From the NCBI RefSeq assembly GCF_021028975.2, contig NC_059435.1, positions 2,294,001-2,358,000 of the forward strand: DNA of 64,000 nucleotides, read 5' to 3'. Every line of letters starts with the position of its first letter. Positions within the stretch are counted from its first letter, which is position 1. The notes under the pieces are model-generated. The model had not been told where the DNA came from, ran no database searches, and saw only the letters and a program-made list of their open reading frames with translations. This stretch comes from Sphaerodactylus townsendi. Taxonomy: Eukaryota. Shown here in pieces: positions 39,567 to 52,165 of this stretch. Made by a program: the position numbers and the translations under genes.

Positions 39567-42500
39567 CTTCTTCTGCCGCGCCGTGCCTGCTTCCTTCTTC
39601 TGCCGCGCCGTGCCTGCTTCCTTAGACCTGGTGGGTGCCTTGGCAAGCACCCCCGTTTCTACTACTACCCCCTTCGCCGCGCCTGCTTTTTCGATCCTGG
39701 CGGGCTGGCGCTTGGGGGAGGCCGGCGGTCAACTGTGCGGCCGGGAGCCGACGACGACGGGGATTCCCCCTCATTGTTCCAGCGGAGACCCCGCCGACCG
39801 AGGGGCCTGCACTGCGGTTGGGGGTGTGGTGTTTGGAGCCAGAGTGGTCTGGTGGCCGTACTATCAGGGGTTGGTGGCAGAAACCCCTCCCCACCCCCTA
39901 ACATGGATCTCACAAACTGAAGTGCCTAACGGGTTAACAGTGTTGGGAATAGTGAAGTCAGCGCTGAGGCTTGCCGTGGGACGTGGAGATGCGGCCGGCC
40001 CCGCGGATGCTTCTGGTATTGCGGGGGCCGTGCTGAGGACACGATCGCTAGTTCTTCGTCCGCGACCTCCGCCGTTCCCCTTGTTGCCTTGGAGACCTGT
40101 TTTGCCGTGGGGCAGGCTGATCTTCCATTTATGTGAGAGGTGCTTCGGCAGAACGCCAGGAGGCGGGACGTCCTGGGGGAACGGAGTGTGGAGCTTAAAA
40201 ACTCCAACCACGTTACTATCTGCGCTACTAAGGAAAGGCGAAGGAGTACAGGCATCTGATGACATCATCGTCTTTTTTGCAACGCGTGAACCAGTCGTGA
40301 GAGGGCTGCATAGATCACGTTGCAAAGGGCAACCTCTGGACGTGGAGCTTTTGATCTCAGGGCTGGCCGAGGTGACTGGTGGCAGCAGCCCCTCGATCGT
40401 TGCCCCGACCATAACTCCAGACTGTCGCGACGAGGCTTTCTCTGACTTGGATAATCTGCACGTGATTGACTGGCCTGGGTGGTGTGAGCCCCATGCCCGT
40501 CATCTGTGCAGTGATATTACTATCATTACCCCTAAGGGGTCCAAGTAGTGTCACCGCCCATCAGAGAGCTGAGGGCGTGGGTGGCAGTTCCTTTTCTTCC
40601 GCCACTCAGTATCCCTTGGTGCATACTTCCACTCTCTAAAATCTTGATGTATTATATATCCAGCTGGCAATAGCTGTAGTACATTAGTTTAGCATTAGTT
40701 GTAGGTCAGTTGAAATTGCATTGTACAGTTAGCTTTACCCAGCCGGTATTTATTGTATTTGTAAGGTTTAGGTTAGGCTGGGATTATTTACTGTCAGTTG
40801 AGTTAGACCCACTTCGGTGGGACATTTGTCAGGCTGTTGAGTAGAGAGAGATCGGCAGAGTCATGGGGGCACCAATTTTGGGGCTGGGGATCCCTGTGTT
40901 GATGGGACGGGGTAGATATTGCGGTAGGCGGCGGCCATATGATAAAAGGCGCATGAGATATGGGGTTGCTCGTCCGCCTTCTGACCTCCGACCTATCCCG
41001 AGAAACGAAGGTGGTTGGGTTCGGGGAAACTCTGCTTCGTCTTTGGTGCTATTAAATGCCAGGTCCATCAATAATAAGACCATGGTGCTCCGGGATTTTC
41101 TTGGAGCCCAGCAGATGGACCTGGCATGTGTCACCGAAACCTGGGTGCGCGAAGGTGAGACCGTCGCCTTGGGCGAAGTCGCGCCCCCGGGTTTCGCGTG
41201 TCTTCATCAACCACGAACACAGGGCCGGGGGGGCGGGGGGCATTGTTCGTCCGTGAGTCTATTCCCTTCAGGGCCCTCCCCGTCCCGGAGATCGCCGGCA
41301 TGGAGTGTGTCGGCCTAGAGTGGTTGGCCCTGGAGAGGTTGGCTGTTCTCCTGGTGTACCGGTCGCCTAGCGCGCCGGGAAGCAGCCTGCTGGAGGTGGT
41401 GTCGGACTGGGCGCTGCGGTTCCCCAGACTTATTGTCTTGGGGGACTTCAACGTCCACGCCGATGCCGCCTCATGTACGGCGGCGGCGGACCTGGTGTCA
41501 TCCATGGCGACGCTGGGCCTCTCCTTAGTAAATTCGGGCCCTACTCACGAGGCTGGGCACACGCTGGATTTGGTCTTTGGGTTGGGGATTAATTTGGTCG
41601 TATCCTCTGTTGACAGAGTGCCATGGTCCGACCATTACGCCCTGTCGGTCCGGATGGACGTGCCCCACCGCCCCTGTCTAGGCGACGGGCTGATTTACGC
41701 CCGCCCGCGGAGACTTATGGATCCACTTGGTTTCCTGAATGCTCTGCGGGACCCTGAACCCGCCGGCACACTCGATGAGCAGGTAGAGGACTGGAATTCC
41801 CGGCTCTCTGATGCCATCGAGTTCGTTGCCCCCCGGCGGCCTCTACGCCCCCACTCTCGGCGTGCTCCATGGTACACAGAGGAGTTACGCCGTATGAAAC
41901 GGGCGCTTAGACGCCTAGAGCGAGTATGGAGGAAATCTCGTGACGAAGCTGCGCGAACATCTTATAGGACGTTTATGAAAGCCTATGAGATGGCGACGAA
42001 GGAGGCGAAGAGAGCTTTCTTCTCCTCCTCTCTCGCATCTGCTAGCTCCCGCCCGGCACAATTGTTCCGTATAATTCGGTCTTTAACCTCCCTATCGGAG
42101 GGTTCTTCAAATTCTCAATTGAGCATTAGCTGCGAGGCATTTATGAGCTTTTTTGCGGATAAGGTCGCGTCGCTCCGCCAGGACCTTCCCCCTACGTTGG
42201 ATACAATTAGTGAACTGGAGGCTCCCTTGCCGTCTTCAGGCCCTTGTATGGCCCAGTTTTCCCTGCTCTCTGAAGCCGCTGTCGACAGGGCCTTAGCTGC
42301 TGTTAGACCAACTACCTGTCCTCTGGATCCGTGCCCTTCCTGGCTTGTAAAAGCCTGCCGGGAGGAGCTACGACCCCATCTGTTGAGTATCATCAATGCC
42401 TCCCTTGAGCAAGGAGTCTTTCCGGATGGGTTGAAGGAGGCAGTGGTCCACCCACTCTTAAAAAGACCACCGTTAGATCCAAGGGATCTGGCCAATTACC

Positions 42501-44120
42501 GCCCCGTCTCGAATCTTTCGTTTCTGGGGAAGGTAATTGAGAGAGTGGTGTTGGAGCAGCTTCAAGGCTTTCTGGATGACACATCGGCTTTCGACCCCTT
42601 CCAGTCCGGCTTCCGTGCTGGGCATGGGACGGAGACTGTTCTCGTCGCCGTCACAGATACACTCCGTATACAGCTTGACCGAGGCGGATCGGCGCTGCTG
42701 GTATTGTTAGATCTTACCGCAGCGTTTGATATGGTCGATCACGACCTTTTGACCCACCGCCTGGCCGCCTCCGGAGTGCGGGGCACGGTCCTTCAATGGA
42801 TTGCCTCGTTTCTCCGGGGTCGGAATCAGCAAGTGAGGTGCGGGGATCAAGCCTCCCGGAAGTGCCCGCTTTCTTGCGGTGTACCCCAGGGGGCGCTATT
42901 ATCCCCGCTATTATTTAACATCTATGTACGACCCCTTGCTCAGCTGGTACGGAGTTTTGGGCTGGTCTGTCATCAGTACGCGGATGACACTCAGCTCATT
43001 CTGTCGATGGAGGGGGGAGCAGCCGCCGCCCCTGCGGCTCTACAGCATTGTCTGGAGGCGGTTGCTGGTTGGTTGCGACAGAGCAGGTTAAAACTGAATC
43101 CATCGAAGACGGAGATCCTTTGGCTTGGCCGCGAGGGGGGGGGCGGGACTTTTCAGCCGCCGGTGTGGGAGGGGGTCACATTGGCGCCGACCCCCTCCGT
43201 GCGCAACCTGGGGGTCCACCTGGATTCGTCTCTTTCTATGGAGACCCAGGTGGCCCATATAACCCGGGTTGCTTTTTTCCACCTTCGCCAGGCCCGACGG
43301 CTGGCCCCCTTCCTCTCCCAAGCGGACCTGGCCGCTGTGATCCATGCAACGGTCACCTCCAGGCTAGACTATTGTAACTCGCTCTACGCTGGCCTTCCCT
43401 TGCGCTTGATCCGGAGACTGAAACTGGTCCAACATGCGGCGGAGCGCTTGCTCACAGGCAGCGCCAGCTGGGATCACATTCAGCCTGTGTTGCGCCGACT
43501 GCATTGGCTTCCAGTAGAGTTCCGGATCGTTTTCAAGGTGTTGGTGTTGACCTTTAAGGCCTTACGCGGCCTGGGACCCTCGTATCTTCGAGACCGCATC
43601 ACCCCATATGTTCCCACACGGCCTCTTCGTTCAGTAGAGGCCAATTTACTGGTGGTCCCCAGCCCCTCGATGATGCGGCTGGCCTCCACACGGACCAGGG
43701 CCTTCACAGCTCTGGCCCCGGCCTGGTGGAACGCTCTTCCACCAGCTGTCTGGGCCCTGCGGGACCTTGGTGAGTTCCGCAGGGCCTGCAAGACAGAGCT
43801 GTTCCGCCGGGCCTTTGGAGAGACCAGCCGCTGACGGTGCCCCCCCTCTCTGGCCCTACATCTGGGCCTGTAACATCTATCAAGACCTGCCATTCCTCCC
43901 TGGGGGAAGAATTTAATATTAGGTACCGGGCGCCACTTACACCTATGCTTCTATTTATTCTACATTTTAAATGTTAATGTTTAGCTAGTTTTCGCTGCTT
44001 TTATAAGTTTTAGCCTATTTATGATGTTTTATGACTGTATTCACTACATGCTGTACGCCGCCCAGAGCCCTTCGGGGACGGGGCGGGATAGAAACCTAAA
44101 GCATAAATAAATAAATAAAT
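39567..44120 (+). mobile_element. Young, near full-length L2-clade LINE
   Basis: CpG-rich; long 5' ORF; ORF2 with APE and RT domains; 3' stem-loop GCCGCCC...GGGGCGG; (TAAA)n tail. Confidence 0.95.
40863..43834 (+). CDS. L2 ORF2 (APE endonuclease and reverse transcriptase), ~990 aa, one frameshift in the G-run at ~41227-41240
   Basis: LLNARSINNK, VTETW, GDFN and SDH (APE); NYRPVSNL, QSGFR, GVPQG, YADD and RLDYCN (RT). One added base restores GRGGGVALFVR and joins ORFs 40863 and 41198. Confidence 0.9.
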
Positions 44121-47100
44121 TACTCTCAAGTTGGTCTCAAGCCCAGGCTTTATAGAGCCACTCTACAACGCCAGGTGGAGTTAGACTGAAACTTGCCTCA
44201 TGCTGTAATGCTAGTTAGTTAACTAACTGATTCAAGGAGAACTAACATTCCTTTTGGAATTGAGAATTAATTATTATTACTTCTAAAATCAGTTCTTTAT
44301 TCTATAAATGAATGGCTGCCAAAGGTAACCCATTCTCTCTTGCTCCCCTTTGTGAAAGATTCCAGACAAAGTCTGAATGTATTTTTAAGAGTGTGGCATA
44401 TAAATATTTGAAATAAATAACTCCGGTTAAAATGTTTAGTGCACCAGAATTGTGATTTCACTGGGGACATCCCCGTTTTTCTTAGGGGTTGTGAAGAAGT
44501 GGGAGTATACCCCGCTTCCCACTTGGTCCAACAGCACGGACTCTATGGCCCTGATTAAGGTAAGAAGAGAGATTTCCCACTTAAGCCTGTCCCGTTTTTC
44601 TGGGGTGAAGCTGCTCGGTGAAGGGAGGAACCTGCCTTGTGGCAACAAATGGAACTCTAAGGAGTAACCGGAAAAAACTATGTTCCAGACAGACTGTAAG
44701 GTTGCTGCTTAGCCTTGGAAGGTTTTCGTCTGACAAGGTTGGCGGGACGCCCAGATTGAGGAGTGTTTCCAGTATCTGCAGTTGCTAGTATCTGTATCTT
44801 CTGTTTCTCTTGCCTGTCTGTGTGAAACTGTTTCAATGTGGTTTCGGATGGGAACTACAGGTGTTTATCTAACTTTGGCGGGAACTGGTGGGGAGCCCGT
44901 AAAAGAGGCTGTTTGAACGTTGGGAGGCCAGTTCCCGCATTGCTTGTGATCGACTTAGAATGCCAGCTAAATAAAGAACTTGAAAAGTTACTTTTGGTTT
45001 GGACTTTACTGGTTCCTTACACCCACTGGGCAGAATGGGTTTCCATCCACTTTGTGTCTGCCAGCTTGCTGTCCTTCCCTCCCGGTAGGGGGGAGAGGAT
45101 GAGGGAGAGGCCCTAAAGGCCAGCTTGGGTGTAAATCTGGTCAATTCAATATTGACAGATCCGTAAAGCGGCGCTGACTCTTGTTTTCAAATCCAGGATC
45201 CTATCGTTCCTCGAACTCAAAAAGGAAAGTACCCCCCCTGAGAATCCCAAAAAAACTGGAACCACTGTCTCGGAATGGGTCTCCGCCAAGTGGCTTTTAA
45301 ACCAAAGTAGAAAGTGTTCATCAAGGATGCTGCCATTATACGTCAAGTGGTCAAAAAGGCATCTAGGGTGGCATCCACTGAGAAGGCGACAGCCGCGAAT
45401 ACCCTTTCGGTACCCTTTCTGAGGCCCTGGTCCTCAGGAGGAATGATTGCTAGAAGGCGCTTTTGCCAGATGATAGTAGATCTAGTCGCCGTCGCAGAGG
45501 GGGCGAGGATCCTAGAAGCTATAGCGGTGCCCTCATGGATCCTGCCAAAGGCTGGGAAGTCTTCGCCTTTTCTATCCAGGGGATCTCTTTTATTTCCCCC
45601 TCTGTCCTCTCCGGTGACCAGGTTCCTGAGTGGAACGCATACTGGCCTCTTCTTCACCAAATCTGGATAAGAACGGGTTATAATGATCAGGAGCCAGGAA
45701 CAGTTTCTGAAAAAAAAAAACTGGGGAAAAACTTTGTTTTACCGCAGTTCTATCCCACTGTCTATGAGCTTGCCACAGGCAAAGGGTAAATAGGAGACTT
45801 CCTCCTCCACTGGGAAAACCGCCGAGGAAAGGCCCCTAGGGGCAACCCTTTGATGGCTTTCGCTGTACCAGTAGTAAATTTGGGTCCTCAGCCACCTGTG
45901 CAATCCTGGCTCTTCCGGCTCTGAAAAGCTATCGGAGGCCAGACTAATCTCCTCCCTCACTGAGGTGCTTCAAATGTAACCCCATAGGATGTTACAAATG
46001 CTCCTAGTAGATGTCCCTATGGAAGCCTCTCCCAACCGGGGGGACCGGTCTCTGTATGAAAGGGGAACATCAAGGACACCCCGGAGCAGCGTTCAAAGGT
46101 GTCCCTCAGAAGTACCTAATGCACAGCTTGCCTCAGTGCCATGCAGAGCTCTTGTCCTGGTCTCTACTCAGTGCAGTCAGGGCAGAGATAAGCTGGATCC
46201 AGAGGGTCCTGGAAATGCCTCCGTTCGCAGAATGCAAAGGGGTTCTGCCTTTATACTTTGGGCCAGCTCCACCAGCTGGTCACGTGAGGACAGGATTGCA
46301 GAATTCACGGATGTCCTTCCCCATTGTTAGGTCCATAAATTATATAGTAGCTTGCTGCCTCTAACGGCTTCTGCTAATGCCTAAGTGGGCTGATGACATT
46401 GTGGTTCCAGGCAAGTTAACTCTGGGACAGTTGCATTTAACACTTCCTGGGAGCCGACTAACTGACCGTAGCCTCCTAAACATAGCGCACCTTGTACTCA
46501 TAGACACTCTGTATCACTTCTGGGAAGCTGCGGTTTGCCTTTCTGCCCTACGACTAAGAATGATACTCAGTTCACTTCTGCATTCTCCTCTAGGTGTCCC
46601 TGTTCGGTCTCCACTGCACTGTCGGAAATTTGGTCCTAGTGTTAACTGAAGCCTTCCTAATTTGTTATGGCAGAGATTTCGCTTCATAGATTTGTAGCTT
46701 CAGAAGTTGGTAGCATTCCCAATGGGAATAATCTATAGACCTCCCCCTCTCTTGTCCAATTTCCATGAAAGTCCTTGTATGTTATTGGGCTTCAGCCAAT
46801 TTCGCCCCAGGGCTAGGCTACTGATCCCTCAGACCTTAATTGTTTGGTCTAGTCACACTCTGATCTTCTGTACAAACTGGGGGTTTATCAGAGTCACCTC
46901 GGCCCCTGTCACAGGCTCCATAAATCTTACTAATTCCTTCCTGAGCTGTTGAGACCTGTAATACGTTAGCTGCACCGACAGTTTGGGCCTCCTGCATTTT
47001 AGCGACTGGCTTCGGGTCAGAATCAGCCCATTTGACAGTTTGGACCTTTTTGGTTGGGGACTGAGTGTGAGGTTTCTGAAACCTGCGACACTGATATCTG

Positions 47101-47560
47101 AAATGTCCTTCCTGAACAGTAGAAACAGATTACCAATCCCTAGCATGTTGTGAGGGGGTATGTCACTGCCCTCTGAGTTATACACAGGAGTCAGCCAGTC
47201 CCTATCCCTCCTATGGGGAATGGGGGATCTGGATCTAGAGCGAGGCCTTTGCCTGTAAGGAGGGAGGGCAGGGGATGGCTGCAGCTGCTTAGAGACCTCC
47301 TCCCTGATGGAGGAACGCATTATGGCTTCCAGCTGGTGAGGGGAGAAGACGCTCCACTCCGAGGAAATGGCACCTGCCATGTTGCTTTCCCTCCCCCTCC
47401 TCTCCCCCTCTTGCCTGGAGAGTCCAGCTGGATTGGAGGCCTCTTCCGCAGAGGCATCCATCGGCTGCAGAGTTGGGACACCGGCAGAGGAAATGGGATC
47501 AAGGCGGGAAGATGACCCGCCGTCCTCTCAGTGCCTCCCCTCGTCGTGGCTGCAGTTGCA

Positions 47561-47942
47561 GCTCTCACGCCCAGACGTTCCTGGCGCCCTGTGTAGGGGC
47601 TGGTCGAGCGTGCGCGCCGACCTGCGCGCCGAGAGGGCTATGGCAAAAAGGCCCGCTGGCTAGCCCCACAGCTGCTCTGGGACCGTGGCTCTAATGCCCA
47701 GACACCCCCTGGAACCCTGTACAGGGGCTGGTCGAGCATGGGCGCTGACCTGCGTGCTGAGAGCGTGATGGCGAAAAGGCCCACTGGCTAGCCCCACGGC
47801 TGCTCTGGGACCACGGCTCTCACACCCAGACACTCCCTGGCACCCTGTGCACAAGCTGGTCAAGCGTGCGCGCCGACCTACGCGTTGAGAGGGTGATGTT
47901 GAAGAGGCCTGCTGGCTAGCCCCACAGCTGCCCTGGGACCGG
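47561..47942. repeat. Three tandem ~127-bp units inside DIRS-B gag
   Basis: CCCAGAC...GCTGGCTAGCCCCAC.GCTGC.CTGGGACC units start at 47570, 47697 and 47825. Confidence 0.92.
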
Positions 47943-48401
47943 CCGGTGCACACTTCCCTCTCAGCCACAGGGCTGCGCGGGGGAGAGCGGGAGGCTCAAC
48001 TGGCAGACCTGGTCACTGCCCTCTGTGTTCTCCACTGCCAAGCGGCAGAATCCCTCCATGTGAGGAGAAAATGGCGCCGACGCCATAGCCACTGAAGGGA
48101 AGACTTTTTTGGCGGGAAGAGGGAAACACGAGGAGGGCAGGGACCACAGACACAGAGTTACAAGGAAAAAAGACTACAAACTCTCACAGACACAGAAAGG
48201 AGTTGTGGGGATACAAAGGACACAAAGCCTATCAATAAGCAAAGAGCCTGTTGAATTTGCTGCACTCCCTGACGAGGCAGGAAGATACTGGGGCAAGATG
48301 GCTACGACCCACCTACAGGAAGTGACCAAAGTATATTTCCTGCCTCCTTGATTGACGGTAGAGAACAACCCAAACAAGATGGCCTACACCATCCAGGAGA
48401 A

Positions 48402-49890
48402 AATTAAATTCTGGCAATAAGTAAAAGATGAAGGAAAGAAATGGCTAACATATTTTCAGCTAGTCTCAAGATTAAGGAGAAAACTAAATTCTGAAGGTGG
48501 AAGAGAAATGACAAAATTTGAAAAAGAAATCGCTCAATAAAAGAAGCATTTACTAGGAAGAATATATATACTTTTACTTAAATATGATACAGAGATGGAA
48601 CAAATGAAGGAAGGGATACAAAATGTGAAATGGATGCAAAATTTTCAAGAAGAAATATCTTTTCAACAATGGGACCTTCTATGGACAAAAAGTATAAAAT
48701 TCATAACTTGCCAGACCGTGAGAGAAAACTGGTACGAGATGTTTTATTAATAGTATATCACCCTGAAACATATTGGGAAGATGAATAGAAATTTTAAAGG
48801 CACCTGTTGAAAATGTCACGAAATAGATGAATCTTTTTATCATATTTTTTAAAGTGAAAAATTAGGGAAAGAGATACATAATGCAAAAAATAGTGAAATG
48901 CAAAAATATTGCAATAGAGAAATGCGAAAAAAATTGAAAATCAACTTTAATATATACCCTAAGATGATGTTACTAGACATTTTTCCGAAGAATCTACAAA
49001 GGAAATTGCAAGAATTGTTTCAGTACTCGATAACAACAGCTAAATGGAAAGCAGAAACATGACCAGATCGAGAAAACTGGGAAGAGAAGATCATACAGTA
49101 TACTACAATGGCAACACTAAGGCGGATTCTGCATGGGCCAAAAACAGTGGTGTGAAAAATGGTTTAAAACGGTGTAAAAGGATCACTTATTTCAAGAGAT
49201 CACTTATTTCAAGAGAAATGGAAGTTGTATTTTATGTATTATGCCTAAAAGTTAAAAACTGTGTTTATTCAATGCGGATTAAGGTTATAACTAAAGACAA
49301 AAGATATATTGTGCTTCTTTAATGGAAATGGAAGTATTAAGATGGAGTTGTTAATCAGTTTATATTATGGTTAGTATTTATTTATAAATAGTAAAAACAG
49401 TACTACACAATAATAAGAACATAAGAAAGAGCCTGCTGGATCAGACCAGAGTCCATCTAGTCCAGCACTCTGGCCCGTAGTGGCCTACCAGATGCCTTTG
49501 GGCGCTCACATGCAGGATGTGAAAACAATGGCCTTCTGCTGCTGCTGCTGCTCCCGAGCACCTGGTCTGCTAAGGTATTTGCAATCTCAGATCAAGTTTG
49601 GTAGCCATAGATCGACTTCTCCTCCATAAATCTGTCCAACCATAATAATGGTTAGTAGTAAGTTATCTATCATACTAAGGATTATTTTTAAAGTATTATT
49701 TCAATTTTGTAAGCTTTGTGGTAAATTAGCAAGAAACTTTGAAGGTTCTCTTAAGTTTTAAATGTTATGTCAATATCCACTTTAATTAATAGTGCTTAAC
49801 TGTATTCCTTATTTCTCTATCTTTGTACATTTTGTTTTTCTTTTTTCTTTTATTTGTTATAAAGTTTGAAAATGATAAACTTTTTTTTTA
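48402..49890 (+). mobile_element. L1-clade LINE 3' part (ORF2 end and AT-rich 3'UTR)
   Basis: Reading frame continues across DIRS-B; LGRIYILLLKYDTE, RENWYEMFY and the C*KCHEIDESFYH knuckle. Confidence 0.8.
49414..49641 (-). mobile_element. CR1 3' tail fragment inside the L1 3'UTR
   Basis: AAGAACATAAGAA tail repeat, CTGCTGGATCAGACCA..CCATCTAGTCCAGCA and CTCCTCCATAAATCTGTCCAA. Confidence 0.85.
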
Positions 49891-50700
49891 AGTGAGTTGG
49901 TTACCTGATAGATCCAGCTTTGAAACTGTTGCAGAGTAAGGTTATTACTCAACTTTTATTGAGATCTGAGGTTGGGATGACAGCACAATTACAAGTTTGG
50001 AGATAATACAGAATTCCTTTTTAAGCAGAACGTTGACTCTGCCGCTCAGTTTGCCAGCTGCCTGACAGTTGGCTTGCCCACCATTAATGCTCATAGCCAT
50101 ATTGCTTTAATTAACAGAAAAAGTTGAAGAACTCTCTAGTCACCCATCAGCACTGTGTTTTAACCAGTCACAGAAAACCTCCTGGGGGTCGCTGGTTATA
50201 GTAACATTCCTGGCACTATATGTCACCAATTGTCTCCCAGGGTTTTTCTTTAGACAATCCTAAAACTCACAATTAAATATTCTTATTTACATTTGATAAA
50301 CCGCTCACCCCCAAATGCCACTGATGACAAATGAGTTATCATGAACTCCAGGTTTTCTTTTTGGTTTAAACTGATCAAGCAGGACTACACCTGATCTTAT
50401 TACTGGTGTAGTTTAAACTTTCATAAACTCAGAGAAGCCTTTACTGTAGTTTTGTTTCAAGCAATGCCAACTGCCACATTAGCCGGCTGCTTTTTGGGAA
50501 AGACCCGTCTTTCAGTGAGTGTGTCTTTGTGGAGCTCCAGAACTGGAAGACCTCCTACATAATGCCCTGTTGTGCCATCTTTACTTGGCTTCCAGGTCTA
50601 GGTTTCTTGCAGCCATTTCAATCCAGCTAGCTTCACACTCAGTGGTTAGTAGATTATGCTATCGTCATTCTGATGGCAACTAGCATATTCCTTCTGATGT
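49891..50700 (+). mobile_element. Old RTE-X-like LINE, right part
   Basis: YLIDPALKLLQSKVITQLL (compare YVPAALKLYQAKILTQLL at ~20030), LREAFTVV.F and a knuckle remnant at ~50510-50580. Confidence 0.65.
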
Positions 50701-51932
50701 CTCTGTATGAACTGACTGCTAAAAAAATCCACACCCTTGGGAATTGGGCGGTCTATAAATTTAAATAATAAATACATAAATAAATTTTTGCACAATATTT
50801 AGTGTGCTGTAATTTATGTTATATTTTGGTCCAAAAACTTTCAATTGTATTGTGCTTTTACTGTTTAATTTATCACTACAGTAGTTTATCACTGCAGTTG
50901 AACAGTTGTTAAATTGCAATATTTTTAAGCCATACACAATACATTTTTACCTACCTACCACTGCACTGTGGAGAGATACTCATTACAAGATTTCCTGTTA
51001 TGATGCAGAGGATAATGAAGTATGTTCTGGTATAATGAAGTATGTTCTGGGATTTATGCTAGAATGCTTCATTTTAGAGACTGCTATACAAAAACTCAAA
51101 ATTAGTGCCTTGTGGTATATGGCATAAATTGATTCTTCTACAGGCCTGCTAAGAAATGATAATAGTTATCCAACTAACCCTAACCCTAACTTGATTCTAA
51201 ATCCCTGATAAAATCACCCTTCCATCTGGGAGTGAGAAAGCCTTGTCCTAACCCTAAATTTCCACAGGCCCCAACTCACCATTTGATAGTTAAACCTAAT
51301 GACTAAATCAACAACCACAAGAGATAATGCTGCCAGAAAAACATTTGTTTGGTTTGGAAAGGTGTGTTTAATGTAAACCAAACAAGTCAACTTTCAGCCA
51401 CATGAATCCCCTGAGTCCTCTAATAGCAGTACTAAGAAAAGGTTCTTTCAAAAGTTCCCACAGCGAACAGCCATCAAGGGAGTTTTATCCTCAAATTATT
51501 ATATGCCCAAGCAAACAAAAAACAACAGAGGATGCAAATGTTTTAGAAGTTTATCATTATCACAGACCCCAGGGCATGGGAAAACTACTTTCAGGATAGA
51601 ACAGGTAGCAATTAAATTTGCTACTCTAGAGAACATACAAAAATAGTAATCAACAGCTGATAATCTTGTGCATCCAATTCAAATTTTGGTATATTTAACT
51701 GTCGGGGAATTTATACCACAATGATATGCCATTTTCGAGTAACCAGAAGTCAACATGAGTCACAACATACAGTTTCATGTTATAAACCACCCATTATGGT
51801 AGTAGTTGGTGATACTGGTGACAGATTTCACAGAAGATATAGTAATATAATTTCTAGATGCAGGGAAGAAGATTCAAAATGAAGAAGCAGGAAATTCCCC
51901 CCTTCCCCAAAAGAAAAATCAGTAGAAGGGGG

Positions 51933-52085
51933 NNNNNNNNNNNNNNNNNNNNNNNNNNNNNNNNNNNNNNNNNNNNNNNNNNNNNNNNNNNNNNNNNNNN
52001 NNNNNNNNNNNNNNNNNNNNNNNNNNNNNNNNNNNNNNNNNNNNNNNNNNNNNNNNNNNNNNNNNNNNNNNNNNNNNNNNNNNNN
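51933..52085. other. Assembly gap (153 N)
   Basis: N run seen directly. Confidence 1.
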
Positions 52086-52165
52086 GAAACAGGCAGTGAT
52101 ACTTTAGGTACTAAATCTGAACTTTGGGTTTCCAAATTGGTGTTCCCGAACTTAGACACATCTGA

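Larger units (their letters stand above)
38098..48401 (-). mobile_element. DIRS1-type retrotransposon B, rearranged (deletion, inversion, insertions)
   Basis: ITRs ~38125-38248 vs ~48282-48401; ICR ~38465-38560; recombinase C-terminus ~38596-39025 (ITAHSTR); RT start 44440-44680 (GVYSHFFTTPKKNGD); gag-like pieces 44700-45960 and 47150-48080. Confidence 0.9.

Noticed and set aside
46140-46320. Resemblance to a Mononegavirales (bornavirus-like) L protein segment, GG...DPL..QL
   Set aside because: Appears only by stitching different frames; no GDN motif or other L motifs nearby.
51173-51260. Interstitial telomeric repeat (CCCTAA)n
   Set aside because: Only two to three units; too short to support.
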